The notes: generated by a model not told the origin, from the sequence alone. Shown: positions 10,790 to 21,052, counted from the first letter of the stretch. The stretch: 64,000 bases of DNA from a candidate division FCPU426 bacterium (GCA_963796105.1 CAWCKJ010000002.1:320001-384000); one strand, 5' to 3'. Numbers and translations are program-made.

Positions 10790-12481
10790 ATGAATCCCCG
10801 GCGCATGGGCGTCAATCGTTCCACACTGGAGGCCATCAAAGCCTACCACGAACGAACGAAACACCATTACGTCCGTTACGCTGCGTCGTTAGGTTACCTG
10901 GATTGGGAGACCCAGCCGGACCCCTTCCGGCGGTACGAGGGCGCGCCGCTGGTTTCCATGCCCATCCCGGAAGAGGGTCAGGAGCTTCCTTTTTGGAGGC
11001 TTTATGTGCCGGGAGGAATTGTCCCTGTACCCCTCACCCTGGTAAGCCTCTCGCTCTTTTTCCGTTACGCCTTGTCCCTGACCGCCTGGAAACAGGCGGG
11101 TGAATCCAGCTGGTTCCTGCGCGCCAATCCCTCCAGCGGAAACCTGCATCCCACGGAAGGATACGCTGTCCTGCCGGCCCTCGACATGATTCGGGACCAT
11201 CCCGGGATTTACCACTACGCCCCCAAAGAGCACGCGCTGGAACTCCGAGCCAAGGCCGACCAGCCAGCCTGGGAACTTCTAGCGGCCGTTTTCCCCCCGG
11301 AGTCTTTCCTCGTGGGACTTACTTCCATCCATTGGCGGGAAGCCTGGAAGTACGGGGAGAGGGCTTTCCGTTATTGCCAGCACGACGTGGGGCATGCCCT
11401 GGGATCACTGCGGTACGCCGCCGCTGCTCTGGGGTGGAGGGTTCACCTCCTTACTGGAGTAGGCGATGAAACGGTCGAGCGGGTTCTCGGCCTCAAACGG
11501 TTAGGGGATTTTTCGAAACCGGAGCAGGAACAACCTGAACTGCTGGCCCTGGTCGCGCCTGGAACTTGGCGTTCACCCAAGGGGCCCTGGTTTCCGGTTC
11601 TGGTCCTTGATGAATTACCGGTGGAGCCCTGGGCAGGAAAGGCCAATAAGCTCAGCCCCTACCATGAAACCGATTGGCCTGTGATCGGGGAAGCGGCCAA
11701 GGCTTGCGAGAGCAAGGGCATGTTATTCGACGAGGACTTTTCTGATTTCCCCACAAAGGAAGAGTTGTTTTTATCGCCTGTCCTTTCTGGTTTTTTGACA
11801 GCGGAAAAAGTGATCCTGGGGCGAAGGAGCGCCGTCAGCATGGATGGTATTACCTCAATCCCGGCCAAGGTTTTCTACCGGATGCTCGCGCGTTTGATCC
11901 CAACCAGGGACGGGGTGTTTGTCCCCTGGGACACTTTGCCCTGGCGGCCCCGGATTCATTTGGGAATTTTCATTCACCGGGTTGTTGGTTTGGTGCCGGG
12001 TCTCTACGCGCTGAATCGCGATCCCGGCAAGTTGAATTCGCTTCAATCGGCGATGGACTCGAAATTTACCTGGAAGAAGCCGGATCTCTGCCCTCCGGGC
12101 CTGGGACTTTACCTTCTCCAGGAAGGGGATGTCAGGCGCTTGGCGGCGGGAGTTTCCTGCGGGCAGGATATCGCGGGGGATGGGGCCTTCAGCCTGGGCA
12201 TGATCGCTGAATTCCGGGAAAGCCTGGCTTACTACGGCGCGGCTTTCTACCGGAACCTTTTTTGGGAGGCTGGGCTGATTGGCCAGGTCCTTTACCTGGA
12301 AGCGGAGGAGGCGGGTGTCCGCGCCACGGGAATCGGTTGCTTCTTCGACGACCCCGTGCATGAGGTTTTCGGGCTTGATTTATCAGGAAGCTGGCGGAGC
12401 CTCTACCACTTCACCGTGGGCGGGCCAGTCGAGGATAGCCGGTTGGTTACCAAGTCACCTTATGGAGTACAAACTAAGTAA
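10790..12481 (+). CDS. SagB/ThcOx-family nitroreductase-like dehydrogenase with two domains
   Basis: YHERTKH, LRANPSSGNLHPTEGY, WKYGERAFRYCQHDVGH, TGIGCFFDD. Confidence 0.9.
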   Translation: MNPRRMGVNRSTLEAIKAYHERTKHHYVRYAASLGYLDWETQPDPFRRYEGAPLVSMPIPEEGQELPFWRLYVPGGIVPVPLTLVSLSLFFRYALSLTAWKQAGESSWFLRANPSSGNLHPTEGYAVLPALDMIRDHPGIYHYAPKEHALELRAKADQPAWELLAAVFPPESFLVGLTSIHWREAWKYGERAFRYCQHDVGHALGSLRYAAAALGWRVHLLTGVGDETVERVLGLKRLGDFSKPEQEQPELLALVAPGTWRSPKGPWFPVLVLDELPVEPWAGKANKLSPYHETDWPVIGEAAKACESKGMLFDEDFSDFPTKEELFLSPVLSGFLTAEKVILGRRSAVSMDGITSIPAKVFYRMLARLIPTRDGVFVPWDTLPWRPRIHLGIFIHRVVGLVPGLYALNRDPGKLNSLQSAMDSKFTWKKPDLCPPGLGLYLLQEGDVRRLAAGVSCGQDIAGDGAFSLGMIAEFRESLAYYGAAFYRNLFWEAGLIGQVLYLEAEEAGVRATGIGCFFDDPVHEVFGLDLSGSWRSLYHFTVGGPVEDSRLVTKSPYGVQTK

Positions 12482-12621
12482 TTTTGAATTTTATGTGTTG
12501 TATTATTGCTGAATTCCGGGGTTCTGAAATCTAAACAAAATACAAAATTGTCTTTCCTCCCTTGCTTCTTGATCCCTTGCAGGATGACAATCATCCAATT
12601 AGAAAAATAAGGAGAATAGCC

Positions 12622-13137
12622 ATGCAAGAGCGCAAGGGCGTAATTACCTTCAAGGGCGGTCCGATGACTTTAATCGGTCCTGAAATCAAAGTGGGGGATA
12701 AGGCCCCAAACTTTAAAGTCCTGACCAACGGCCTCCAAGAAGCCACCTTGGATCAATACAAAGGGAAGACCTTGATCCTTTCAGTGGTTCCCTCGCTGGA
12801 TACGGGCGTTTGCTCCATGCAAACCCACAGGTTCAACGATGAAATAACCAAACTTCCCGCATCCGTGGAAGTTCTGACGATCTCCGCGGATTTGCCTTTC
12901 GCCCAAAAACGCTTTTGCGGCGCGGAGAACATCAAGATCAGCACCCTTTCGGACCACCGGGATATGTCCTTCGGAGAGGCTTACGGCACCCATATCAAGG
13001 AATTACGCTTGGAGACACGGGCGCTCTTCGTGGCGGGCAAGGATGGAAAAATCAAGCACGCCGAGTACGTGAAGGAAGTAACCAACCACCCGGATTACGA
13101 AAAGGCGTTAGCGGCGGCCAAGGCCGACTCTTTATAA
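12622..13137 (+). CDS. tpx: Thiol peroxidase
   Basis: VPSLDTGVC, ISADLPFAQKRFC; AAGGAG RBS. Confidence 0.95.
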   Translation: MQERKGVITFKGGPMTLIGPEIKVGDKAPNFKVLTNGLQEATLDQYKGKTLILSVVPSLDTGVCSMQTHRFNDEITKLPASVEVLTISADLPFAQKRFCGAENIKISTLSDHRDMSFGEAYGTHIKELRLETRALFVAGKDGKIKHAEYVKEVTNHPDYEKALAAAKADSL

Positions 13138-13164
13138 ATCGATCAGCCCCATAGGAGGACTGTC

Positions 13165-13479
13165 ATGCCATTTGTCATTACCGAGAAATGCCTAGGGGAG
13201 GTTTACGCCCAATGCGTGGATGTTTGTCCGGTGGATTGCATCCATCCGGGACAATACAAGGGCCAGCCTTTCATGGTGATAGACCCGCAAGAATGCACCG
13301 AGTGCACCAGCTGTTTCACCGCCTGCCCCATAGGGGCCATCGTGGAAAGCGTGGAGGCTGACCCGGAATACGGAAAGATCAACGCGGAACTGGCCCCGTC
13401 TTTCAAGAACAACCCCAAGGTTCCCACTCGTCCCTCGAACGACCCGCCCAAACGTCCGGGAAATGGATTAGTTAATTAA
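13165..13479 (+). CDS. Ferredoxin (7Fe/8Fe FdxA type)
   Basis: CVDVCPVDCI and CTECTSCFTACP motifs. Confidence 0.9.
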   Translation: MPFVITEKCLGEVYAQCVDVCPVDCIHPGQYKGQPFMVIDPQECTECTSCFTACPIGAIVESVEADPEYGKINAELAPSFKNNPKVPTRPSNDPPKRPGNGLVN

Positions 13480-13556
13480 TTTATTCCGCGACGATGTCTT
13501 TGTTTAAATGGGTTGACCTATAACCGCCCTAAAATGGCTTAGGTGTCTTCCTTTCA

Positions 13557-14657
13557 TCATTTGGGCATCAATAAATCCAACTTTTCAGGCGATTCAGGCC
13601 TTACTCTGGCGGTACCAAGATTTTCCAGCACGTGGCTCTTCCTTTTCATGCCGACCAAGGCAGCGGTCACTCCGGGGGTGGACCGGACGAATTGGATGGC
13701 CCTTTGGGCGTCGGTTTGGAGACCGGGAAAGGTGTCCGCCACGGCGGGGGAGAGGTGATGGGAGAGCCGGGATTGAAGGATGGAGGCGCTGGTAAATACC
13801 GAGATTTCATTGGCTAGGGCCGCTTGGAGGAATGGGACCGTCTGGGAGCCCAAAACCTGGTTGGGAAAATCCCACGCTTCAGTCATGTTGAGATTGAAGG
13901 GAAGTTGGGCGGCCTTGAAATGGTGCCGGCCCCGGACCACCCTTTCCGCGGTACGCAACAGGTCATGAAGCGCGAGGTGCCCATTGCCGGCGCTGGGGGA
14001 GCGGAATCCATCCCAGGTGGCGGCGCCGAAGGAACGGATTTTTCCGGCTTGGACCAGCAGTTCCAGCCCCGCGAAGGTGTGGTCGAGTCGGAAGAGGAAC
14101 TCATCCCTGGGGATCTCCTCCAACTGCGTCTCGGGATTATGCAGGTAGTAGAGGTCCAGGCAATCCAATCCGAGGTTTTGGAGGGACCGTTCCAGCTGGT
14201 TCCTGATATAGTCCGGCGCGATACAGTGACAGCCGGCCGCCAGCTCCCCTGGATTGATAATCCCGGTTGAAAGGTAGTTTTCCTGGATATAAAGGGACGG
14301 GTCGGCGGGAGGCTTTCCGTCGAAGGGGATGAATCCGCCCTTGGTGCATACGACCACTTCCTCGCGGGTGATTTTCCCCGCGCAGATCAAGTTCCGCAGG
14401 GCCTTTCCGATGTTGCGCTCGCTGCGCATACAACGGTAATTGACGGCCGTGTCGATCAGGTTGATGCCCGAAAGCAGGGCGGTCTCAACGGCTTCGATGT
14501 ATAACCTGTCGTCGGTCTCATCGGCGTTCCCGAGGTAAGTTCCCAAGCCGATAGAAGAGACCATCAGCCCCATGTAATTCCGGAAATGACCCTGATTGGA
14601 TAATTCCGGGAACCTAACGGCGTATTTCAACGTGCCTTCCGGCGTCGCGTAGTTCAT
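13557..14657 (-). CDS. Aldo/keto reductase
   Basis: SSIGLGTY, IDTAVNY, DLYYLHNPE motifs. Confidence 0.9.
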   Translation of the reverse strand: MNYATPEGTLKYAVRFPELSNQGHFRNYMGLMVSSIGLGTYLGNADETDDRLYIEAVETALLSGINLIDTAVNYRCMRSERNIGKALRNLICAGKITREEVVVCTKGGFIPFDGKPPADPSLYIQENYLSTGIINPGELAAGCHCIAPDYIRNQLERSLQNLGLDCLDLYYLHNPETQLEEIPRDEFLFRLDHTFAGLELLVQAGKIRSFGAATWDGFRSPSAGNGHLALHDLLRTAERVVRGRHHFKAAQLPFNLNMTEAWDFPNQVLGSQTVPFLQAALANEISVFTSASILQSRLSHHLSPAVADTFPGLQTDAQRAIQFVRSTPGVTAALVGMKRKSHVLENLGTARVRPESPEKLDLLMPK

Positions 14658-14692
14658 CTTGATCCCCCTATCCATTCGTTCCCGGCGTCCGA

Positions 14693-15397
14693 TCAAAGGG
14701 CCTTAATCCGAGTCAAAAGGTCGTCGAGGTTCCTGATGACCAATTCACCCCGTTTTCCCCGATCTGTAAAGATCAATCCCTCCGATTCCAGGCGCGAGAA
14801 TGCGCGAATGCAGGTCTCCACCGTCGTCCCGGCCATCGAGGCGATCTCCTGCCGGGTCAGGGGAATGGTGTTCCCATATTGCGAGGCCATGGTCACCAGG
14901 GCGCGCAGGAGGCGTTTTTCGGCGCTTCCATGGGCGTTGGTCTGCATATCTTTGGCATGACGCAAGAGTTTGGAAACATGTGTGATGACGGCCGAAGCCA
15001 AACCGGGATATCTTTCCATCCAGGCCCGGAAAGACTGAATGGGGAAGGAGATGACCGTGGAATCGGTCTCGGCCACGGCATGGACACCGTATTTCCCGCC
15101 GTCGAGTGCGGAAACCCCGAAAAGCCAGCCGGGCCCCGCGACGCTTAAAATGATGCTGCGCCCGCCAGCCGAATAGTTGACTTCCTTGACGTGGCCCTTG
15201 AGGACCAACCAAACGGTCTCCGCGGGGTCATCCTCCATGAAGATGGTTTCACGCTTCTCGAAATGTTTTTCCGACAAGCCATCACCGATTACCTGAATTC
15301 CATCCGGTGAAACGGATTTAAAAAGCTCCAAATCCTGAAGGAGGTTGTTTTTCTGCCCATGGTAACTGGGTTGTTTCGTTTTCGATTTTGTGAGCAT
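14693..15397 (-). CDS. Crp/Fnr-family transcriptional regulator
   Basis: cNMP-binding fold and HTH LTRQEIASMAGTTVETCIR; start placed at MLTKSK. Confidence 0.9.
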   Translation of the reverse strand: MLTKSKTKQPSYHGQKNNLLQDLELFKSVSPDGIQVIGDGLSEKHFEKRETIFMEDDPAETVWLVLKGHVKEVNYSAGGRSIILSVAGPGWLFGVSALDGGKYGVHAVAETDSTVISFPIQSFRAWMERYPGLASAVITHVSKLLRHAKDMQTNAHGSAEKRLLRALVTMASQYGNTIPLTRQEIASMAGTTVETCIRAFSRLESEGLIFTDRGKRGELVIRNLDDLLTRIKAL

Positions 15398-15999
15398 GGC
15401 GGTTTCCTTAATTGTTTGTTTTTCAAATAAGGACAAGAACGGGATGGTATCGGGGAAATAACGAACAAGAAATTTCACGGGGCTAATTAGGTTAAGCAAA
15501 GCAGGACACCACCATGCTCTACTCAAGTTGATGGAATAGCAATAGGGACATGTCATTTTCAACGTAACATTTAATTGGAAATTTGGATCATTAACAGGAA
15601 AGTTACGAATAAAAAAGATTGAACCAATTTTGAATAAAGGCTCAGGCGAGTAAAACGAGAAATTTTTGCACCTAAAACAAAAAGCCCCGCTGCAGGCAGG
15701 GCTTTTTAAAAAAATCTTAAGCTCATAAAAAACCACCCCGGGGCTTTGCTTTCCCAAGATGATTAACACTCAAGATTCTTTCAAAAAAAGATTACAAAAA
15801 CCGGGACGGTCTGTCAAAGAAAACCCGAAAAATACCATTTGTTTTTCCGTTTACCTTGTCGCCTTCGATTTTTTATTTTTCCTTTGGCGCTAGACTGGAT
15901 GATCCTGTTGACGACCAATGTGCGGCCTTTAAACCGAAGCGAACGATTTTAGTTTTTAGTACGAAGATTATTTTTCCTAATTCGGGTTTCCGGTTTGGG

Positions 16000-17115
16000 T
16001 CAATAAAAGAAAAAGGTATCCGCCAGGAAGGCGTAGGCGACCGGCCCATTGGCCGGGTCCATCCGGACCAGGTCGGTCTGGACCTTAAAATCTCTCGCGG
16101 GATAAAGACGGACCGAAAGCACCCTGCGGTACTCATCCGAGGCCGAGGCTGGGGAATGGGTCAGGTATTCCTGCGCCAGTCTCAAGTAAACGTTGTTTCC
16201 CAGATCCTCCTCCAGGCTGAGGTGGTAGGCCGAAAGGTCCGTCCGGTTGGAAGAAGTCAGTTGGTCATAGCCGGAGTCGTATTCACCCAGGATCACCAGG
16301 CTCTCGAACCTGCCCCACCCAAAGGCGCCATACCTTTCCTGCGGAAAGAGCTGGGGACTGTAGGCGGAGGCCGTCTGGTCGTAAAAGGAACCGCCCAGGG
16401 TCACATCCTCGAAGTGGAATCCGCCCTTTAGGGAATAGGTTTTTTGCGCGTCGGTCGCCAGAGTCGTGGTCGTATCGTTGAAGACCGCGGCGTTGAGGAA
16501 GAAGGGATCTGGATATGCCCCTGCCTCCAGGCCGTTTTGAGAGCGCTGGAAGCTGAAACCCAGGGGCGCCCGGACCAGGCTGTTGTCATCGGCCAGGGTC
16601 AGGCCGTAGGGCAGGCCGAACGTGCCGGCCTTGAGGTAGCCGTCGGCCGGAAGGTTGGAGATCAAGGCGTATATCTCCTGGGCGCTGTTGGGGGAATAGC
16701 TCACGACCCCCTCCACCGAGTCGCTCACGTGCGCCCGAGCGTAGAAGGCCTGGCGCCCGGCCTGGATATTGGAGGCTCCGATGGAGGAGTTGATGGAGTA
16801 GTCCAGGTGCATATCCGCCCCGAAGGAGAACCACTGGGGGCTGTCGTGTTTTTGCTTGGGCGCATCCTGCAGTATTCCCTGCCAGTCGAAGGTTTGTAAA
16901 GAAGACCCGTAGATGTGCCCGAAATCATTTCGCATATCACCGCCGGTCTGGTTTACGTGGCAGGCGTTGCAGTTCAACCCCTTGATGGCCGCCAGGTAGG
17001 GTTCCGCCAATGCCCCGGAGTATTGGCCGAGCAATAAGAGGGCGATCATTGGAAAGAAAAGTCCAGACCGGGAAAGACTATGCTTCGTTTTCGGAACAGC
17101 AAAGATTAATTCCAT
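16000..17115 (-). CDS. Monoheme cytochrome c fused to a porin-like beta-barrel (Cyc2-like architecture)
   Basis: Signal peptide, AEPYLAAIKGLNCNACH near the N-terminus, beta-strand pattern, aromatic C-terminus FFY. Confidence 0.7.
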   Translation of the reverse strand: MELIFAVPKTKHSLSRSGLFFPMIALLLLGQYSGALAEPYLAAIKGLNCNACHVNQTGGDMRNDFGHIYGSSLQTFDWQGILQDAPKQKHDSPQWFSFGADMHLDYSINSSIGASNIQAGRQAFYARAHVSDSVEGVVSYSPNSAQEIYALISNLPADGYLKAGTFGLPYGLTLADDNSLVRAPLGFSFQRSQNGLEAGAYPDPFFLNAAVFNDTTTTLATDAQKTYSLKGGFHFEDVTLGGSFYDQTASAYSPQLFPQERYGAFGWGRFESLVILGEYDSGYDQLTSSNRTDLSAYHLSLEEDLGNNVYLRLAQEYLTHSPASASDEYRRVLSVRLYPARDFKVQTDLVRMDPANGPVAYAFLADTFFFY

Positions 17116-17177
17116 TTAATAACCCTCCCTCAAAAACATATTTTAAAACCCATCGAATATCCCGCGGCTTTAGGCAA

Positions 17178-17990
17178 TTATTGGACTAGGACTTGGCCAA
17201 CCATAATCCCGGTGCACCCGCTGCATTGGGAAGCGTCGCAGGAGGAATGCCCTGGAAGGGAGCAGTGGAAATGGAAGGTTCCTTGGCTCGGGAAGGTGAC
17301 GGTCGTGCTGCCCGTGAAACTGCCCGACGGCGCACAGACCCCGTTGGAATCATCAAAGGTGGCCGTATGGTTGTTAATAGTGAACAAGACGGACTGTCCC
17401 GCCGTAATCGTGACAGAGCTGGGGCTGTAGGCGTTCGCCCCTCCGGAAGCCGCTGAGACTGTCACCGCGATGGAGGAGGCGCTGGCGTTGGAAAAGGGAG
17501 GTACGGCTGTCGGAGTGGGGGTGAAAGTAACAGTCGGGGTCGGGGTGATCGTGGGCGTGCGAGTCAAGGTGGGTGTGCCCGTGATGGTGAAAGTCGGAGT
17601 CGCTGAAGGGGTATCGGAGGGGGTGGGGGTGAGGGTCGCTGTGAAAGTTTTGGTTGGAGTGCTGGTCAAGGTGGGAGTATCCGTGATGGTGAAAGTCGGG
17701 GTGGCCGAAGGAGTATCGGTCATGGTGGGGCTGAGCGTGGGTGTGAGGGTAGGAGTCGCGGTAAAAGTTTGGGTTGGTGTTCTAGTGAGGGTGGGAGTGA
17801 GAGTATGGGTGAAGGTGGAGGTGATCGTTGGCGAGGAAGTGATGGTCGGGGTGGAGGTAATGGTGGGAGTGGGAGTAATGGTCGCGGTGGGTACGTTGCC
17901 CATGGGGGGCGTGGCGCTATTGTTGCTGCAAGAGATGGAAATAAACGATCCGAATGAAATGAGGCAAACAAGGATGAATATATTTCTCAT
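17178..17990 (-). CDS. Lipoprotein with a Thr/Pro stalk and a C-terminal cupredoxin-like domain
   Basis: Lipobox [35 protein letters not shown]...M copper-ligand pattern. Confidence 0.75.
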   Translation of the reverse strand: MRNIFILVCLISFGSFISISCSNNSATPPMGNVPTATITPTPTITSTPTITSSPTITSTFTHTLTPTLTRTPTQTFTATPTLTPTLSPTMTDTPSATPTFTITDTPTLTSTPTKTFTATLTPTPSDTPSATPTFTITGTPTLTRTPTITPTPTVTFTPTPTAVPPFSNASASSIAVTVSAASGGANAYSPSSVTITAGQSVLFTINNHTATFDDSNGVCAPSGSFTGSTTVTFPSQGTFHFHCSLPGHSSCDASQCSGCTGIMVGQVLVQ

Positions 17991-18397
17991 ACTTCACCTC
18001 AATTAAATTGAATTTACTCTTTCATATTGAATTAAACGGATATTGAGAATGGAAATCAAGAATGAGGGGAAGCGATTCGTGGAATCCGATTACCAAAGTG
18101 ACCAGGAATAGTCATTAAATGGTTTTTAAATTAGTTACCATGCGGTAACAATTCAAAGCATTAAATGGATTTAGGATTTTTAACATGAAAGTTACAAACT
18201 AAAAAACATCAAAAGGTTTAAAAACATATTCCTGGATTCTTCTTAGAAATTATTTTCGTTATAACCACTACGTTTTTTAAGTCCAGGCATTCCCTGGGTT
18301 TGGATTTGGCTTTTCGAGGCCGGGGGGTCTTGAAAAAAACAGGTCAAACCAATTAGTTTTGGTTATTCATCCATCACAATCATCCGGGGAGGCTGCC

Positions 18398-18808
18398 ATG
18401 ACCGCGAATGGAACTTTTAAACCAGCCCAATGGGAGGAAAAGCAGTACGAGCAAATTTCCCCCCTCATGAAGATGACTAGGGTTTCGGCCACTTACCTAT
18501 TCAATGGCCGGTTGGAAGGGGAGGCGACGGTGGAATACCTCATGTTCTACAAGTTCTTTGACGATAAGGACCCCCACCGTTCCGAGGCCGCTTACGTGGG
18601 TTTGTCCCGGTTTACAGGAAAAGTCGACGGCAAGGCCGGTAATTTCGTCATGGAAGACCGGGGGACCTTCCAAGGCCGCGAGGCCCGTTCCCGCCTTACC
18701 ATCCTTCCCAGTTCCGGCACAGGAGATCTCCTGGGAATCACCGGTTCGGGATCATTTACCGCCACGCCCAAGGGCTCCGACTACCGCCTGGAATACGAGA
18801 TTCATTAA
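18398..18808 (+). CDS. DUF3224-like protein
   Basis: YVGLSRFTGKVDGKAGNFV, SGTGDLLGITGSG. Confidence 0.8.
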   Translation: MTANGTFKPAQWEEKQYEQISPLMKMTRVSATYLFNGRLEGEATVEYLMFYKFFDDKDPHRSEAAYVGLSRFTGKVDGKAGNFVMEDRGTFQGREARSRLTILPSSGTGDLLGITGSGSFTATPKGSDYRLEYEIH

Positions 18809-18828
18809 CCAAGGATGGAAGGGGATCT

Positions 18829-19185
18829 ATGGACAACAAGAAACCAACGAATGTGGATTTGGCCGGGAAAAGGTGTAAACCCTGCGAAGGAGGCGCCCAA
18901 CCCATGGGGGTATCCGAGGCGCGTGATTACCTCGAAAATCTTCCGGGTTGGGAACACAATCCGGAACGGGGAGGGGAAATAGGAAAAATTTTTTCCTTCA
19001 AGAACTATGGCGAGACCATGGCCTTCGTTAACGCGGTTGCTTGGATCGCCAACCGGGAGGACCACCACCCAGAAATGGAGGTGGGCTTCAAGACCTGCAA
19101 GGTGCGCTATAGCACCCACGCCATCGGCGGCCTTTCCGAAAACGACTTCATTTGCGCCGCGAAAATAGAAGGGCTATTGAAATAA
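18829..19185 (+). CDS. phhB: Pterin-4a-carbinolamine dehydratase
   Basis: CKPCEGG, EDHHPE, YSTHAIGGLSENDFICAAKI. Confidence 0.92.
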   Translation: MDNKKPTNVDLAGKRCKPCEGGAQPMGVSEARDYLENLPGWEHNPERGGEIGKIFSFKNYGETMAFVNAVAWIANREDHHPEMEVGFKTCKVRYSTHAIGGLSENDFICAAKIEGLLK

Positions 19186-19308
19186 GTATTTAAAACATGG
19201 ATGCTTTACTTGGTTTTGCGTTCGGAATAATCTCGTAACTTTTTCACTCGACGTTTCTTCTTACGGCTGTTAATTACAGCCATATAAAAAATGAGGGAGG
19301 TAGCTTTC

Positions 19309-19701
19309 ATGAAACGAACTATCGCGGTTTTGGCTGGTTTGTTGTTCTTGGCTGGGACAGGGCTGGTTTGGGCTGACGCTTATGCGAATGACGGAGGAAT
19401 CACAGCCGCTCACAAGAAGCCGTTAAAACACCATAAAGGCACCAAGAAGGGCGGGAAAGGCGCGACCTCGCACTTAAAAAACAAAAAAAATTCGAAATAT
19501 GGCGAGGATAGGGTGACTCGCTATAGGCCCGGAAACAATAAAATTGAAAAACCCGAGTTGAATCCCCAGCCTCTTCCTCCTGGCGTCAAATCCCCTGGAA
19601 ACGGCGGCAATTCACAGACTGATAAAGAGATGCTTAATCCCCAACCGCTCCCGCCGGGAATGAAACCCCCGCCGGGCCAAGGGGGAAACAACCTCAAGTA
19701 A
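19309..19701 (+). CDS. Small secreted Lys/Gly-rich protein with two LNPQPLPPG repeats
   Basis: GGAGG RBS, signal peptide, low-complexity mature part, downstream hairpin. Confidence 0.75.
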   Translation: MKRTIAVLAGLLFLAGTGLVWADAYANDGGITAAHKKPLKHHKGTKKGGKGATSHLKNKKNSKYGEDRVTRYRPGNNKIEKPELNPQPLPPGVKSPGNGGNSQTDKEMLNPQPLPPGMKPPPGQGGNNLK

Positions 19702-19898
19702 CTCCCGGAACAATAAACCGTCAAATTTTTAAAGGTGGCTCTCTTTTGAAGGCACCTTTTATATTTAAGCCGGGTTAAACGTCGTTTAAACCCCCGGCCC
19801 GGAAAAAATTTAACCCTGTATTTACAGGGACCCCTTGTTTCCGGTGAGGGAGAGAAAGGAGAATGACGGCATTCACTTTTTCTATGGGGAGGATTTAC

Positions 19899-20426
19899 AT
19901 GAAGACTTATTCAATTTTGATTGCGGCGGTTTTGGCTTGTGCCAGCGGAAATCTTTGGGCGGATGATTGGAACGCCCCAGTGAATAAACAACCGGGGGAG
20001 CAAAACGCCCCGGGTGGTAGCGGCGCAGGGATGAGTTCGGGCGGTGACCGGCCCACCCTCAAGAACGCAACTATCGGAAGTGCGACGGGCGGCGCGGGAT
20101 CAGGGAAAGCGGCGCTCTCAAAGACGTCAAATTCAGGAAAACACAATCGAAAAGCCGGTGGGACACAAATGCGAAAGGCAGGCGGGACACAAATGCGTAA
20201 GGCCGGAGGCGATCCGATGACCCTCCACGACAAGAATCAGATTGCCAGGAAGTTGAAAGGGAAATCCGCGAAGCCCGACCTTTACATCAAGTACTCAAAG
20301 GCCAACGGAAACCAAAAAATATCGCCCGACACCTGGACCAAGGGCGGAATCACAAGCCAGAACGGATTCCAGAAAACGGACAACGGGCTTGGGAACGACA
20401 AGGGAGTACCCTCGGCACATCAATAG
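19899..20426 (+). CDS. Small secreted Lys/Gly-rich protein with three RKAGG repeats
   Basis: GGAGG RBS, signal peptide, terminator after the stop; C-terminus shared with the next gene. Confidence 0.75.
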   Translation: MKTYSILIAAVLACASGNLWADDWNAPVNKQPGEQNAPGGSGAGMSSGGDRPTLKNATIGSATGGAGSGKAALSKTSNSGKHNRKAGGTQMRKAGGTQMRKAGGDPMTLHDKNQIARKLKGKSAKPDLYIKYSKANGNQKISPDTWTKGGITSQNGFQKTDNGLGNDKGVPSAHQ

Positions 20427-20443
20427 TAATCGGACAACAACAT

Positions 20444-20475
20444 AAAAGCCTTCCGTTAGACGGTGGGCTTTTTTT
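20444..20475 (+). terminator. Rho-independent terminator
   Basis: AAAAGCC-TTCCGTTAGACGGTG-GGCTTTTTTT hairpin followed by a T run. Confidence 0.65.
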
Positions 20476-20626
20476 GTTTGAAATCCGCCGTTTTCAAGGG
20501 TGAATTTTCGTACAAAAGCTTTAATGGGTAATGTATCCTCTGTGAATCAGGAACCTTTTCATCGGGGCCTTCGCCTGAATGGCGGCGGGAGGAACCGATG
20601 AAAACAATCAAGAGGAGGCAATATCC

Positions 20627-21052
20627 ATGAAACGTATCATCGCGGTACTAGCAGGTTTGTTGTTTTTAGCCGGGACTGGGCTGGTTTTGTCCAACGCCTA
20701 TGCGAATGACGGAGGAATCACCGCCGACCAAAAGACGCCGCCAAAACATCGTAAAAGCACCAAGCATTTTTCAGCCCACGACAAAAGCCAAGTGTCGGGG
20801 AAACTGAAAAGAAAATCCACGAAGCCCAGCGCCTTCCTGAAAAACTCCAAGGGGGACTACATAAAGGGCAACTCTTTCGGGAAGTTCTCAAAAACCAACG
20901 ACAAAAACGCGTTTATCAAGGGTGAAAATCCCAATACCAACGACAATAACTCGTATATCAAGGGTGAAACCCGCTTCGATAAATCCAACGGCTTTATAAA
21001 ATCGGAGGCCGGGCCAGGAAACGACAAAGGGGTACCCTCAGCCCATCCTTGA
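20627..21052 (+). CDS. Small secreted Lys-rich protein with (F/Y)IK(G/S)E repeats
   Basis: GGAGG RBS; N-terminus nearly identical to the 19309 protein, C-terminus like the 19899 protein. Confidence 0.75.
   Translation: MKRIIAVLAGLLFLAGTGLVLSNAYANDGGITADQKTPPKHRKSTKHFSAHDKSQVSGKLKRKSTKPSAFLKNSKGDYIKGNSFGKFSKTNDKNAFIKGENPNTNDNNSYIKGETRFDKSNGFIKSEAGPGNDKGVPSAHP

Noticed and set aside
10790..12481. RiPP (azole) biosynthetic cluster around the SagB-like gene
   Set aside because: No YcaO, precursor or transporter is adjacent; the neighbours are general redox genes.
15398..15769. N-terminal extension of the Crp/Fnr ORF
   Set aside because: AT-rich promoter and terminator-like DNA; the plausible RBS and domain start are at 15397.
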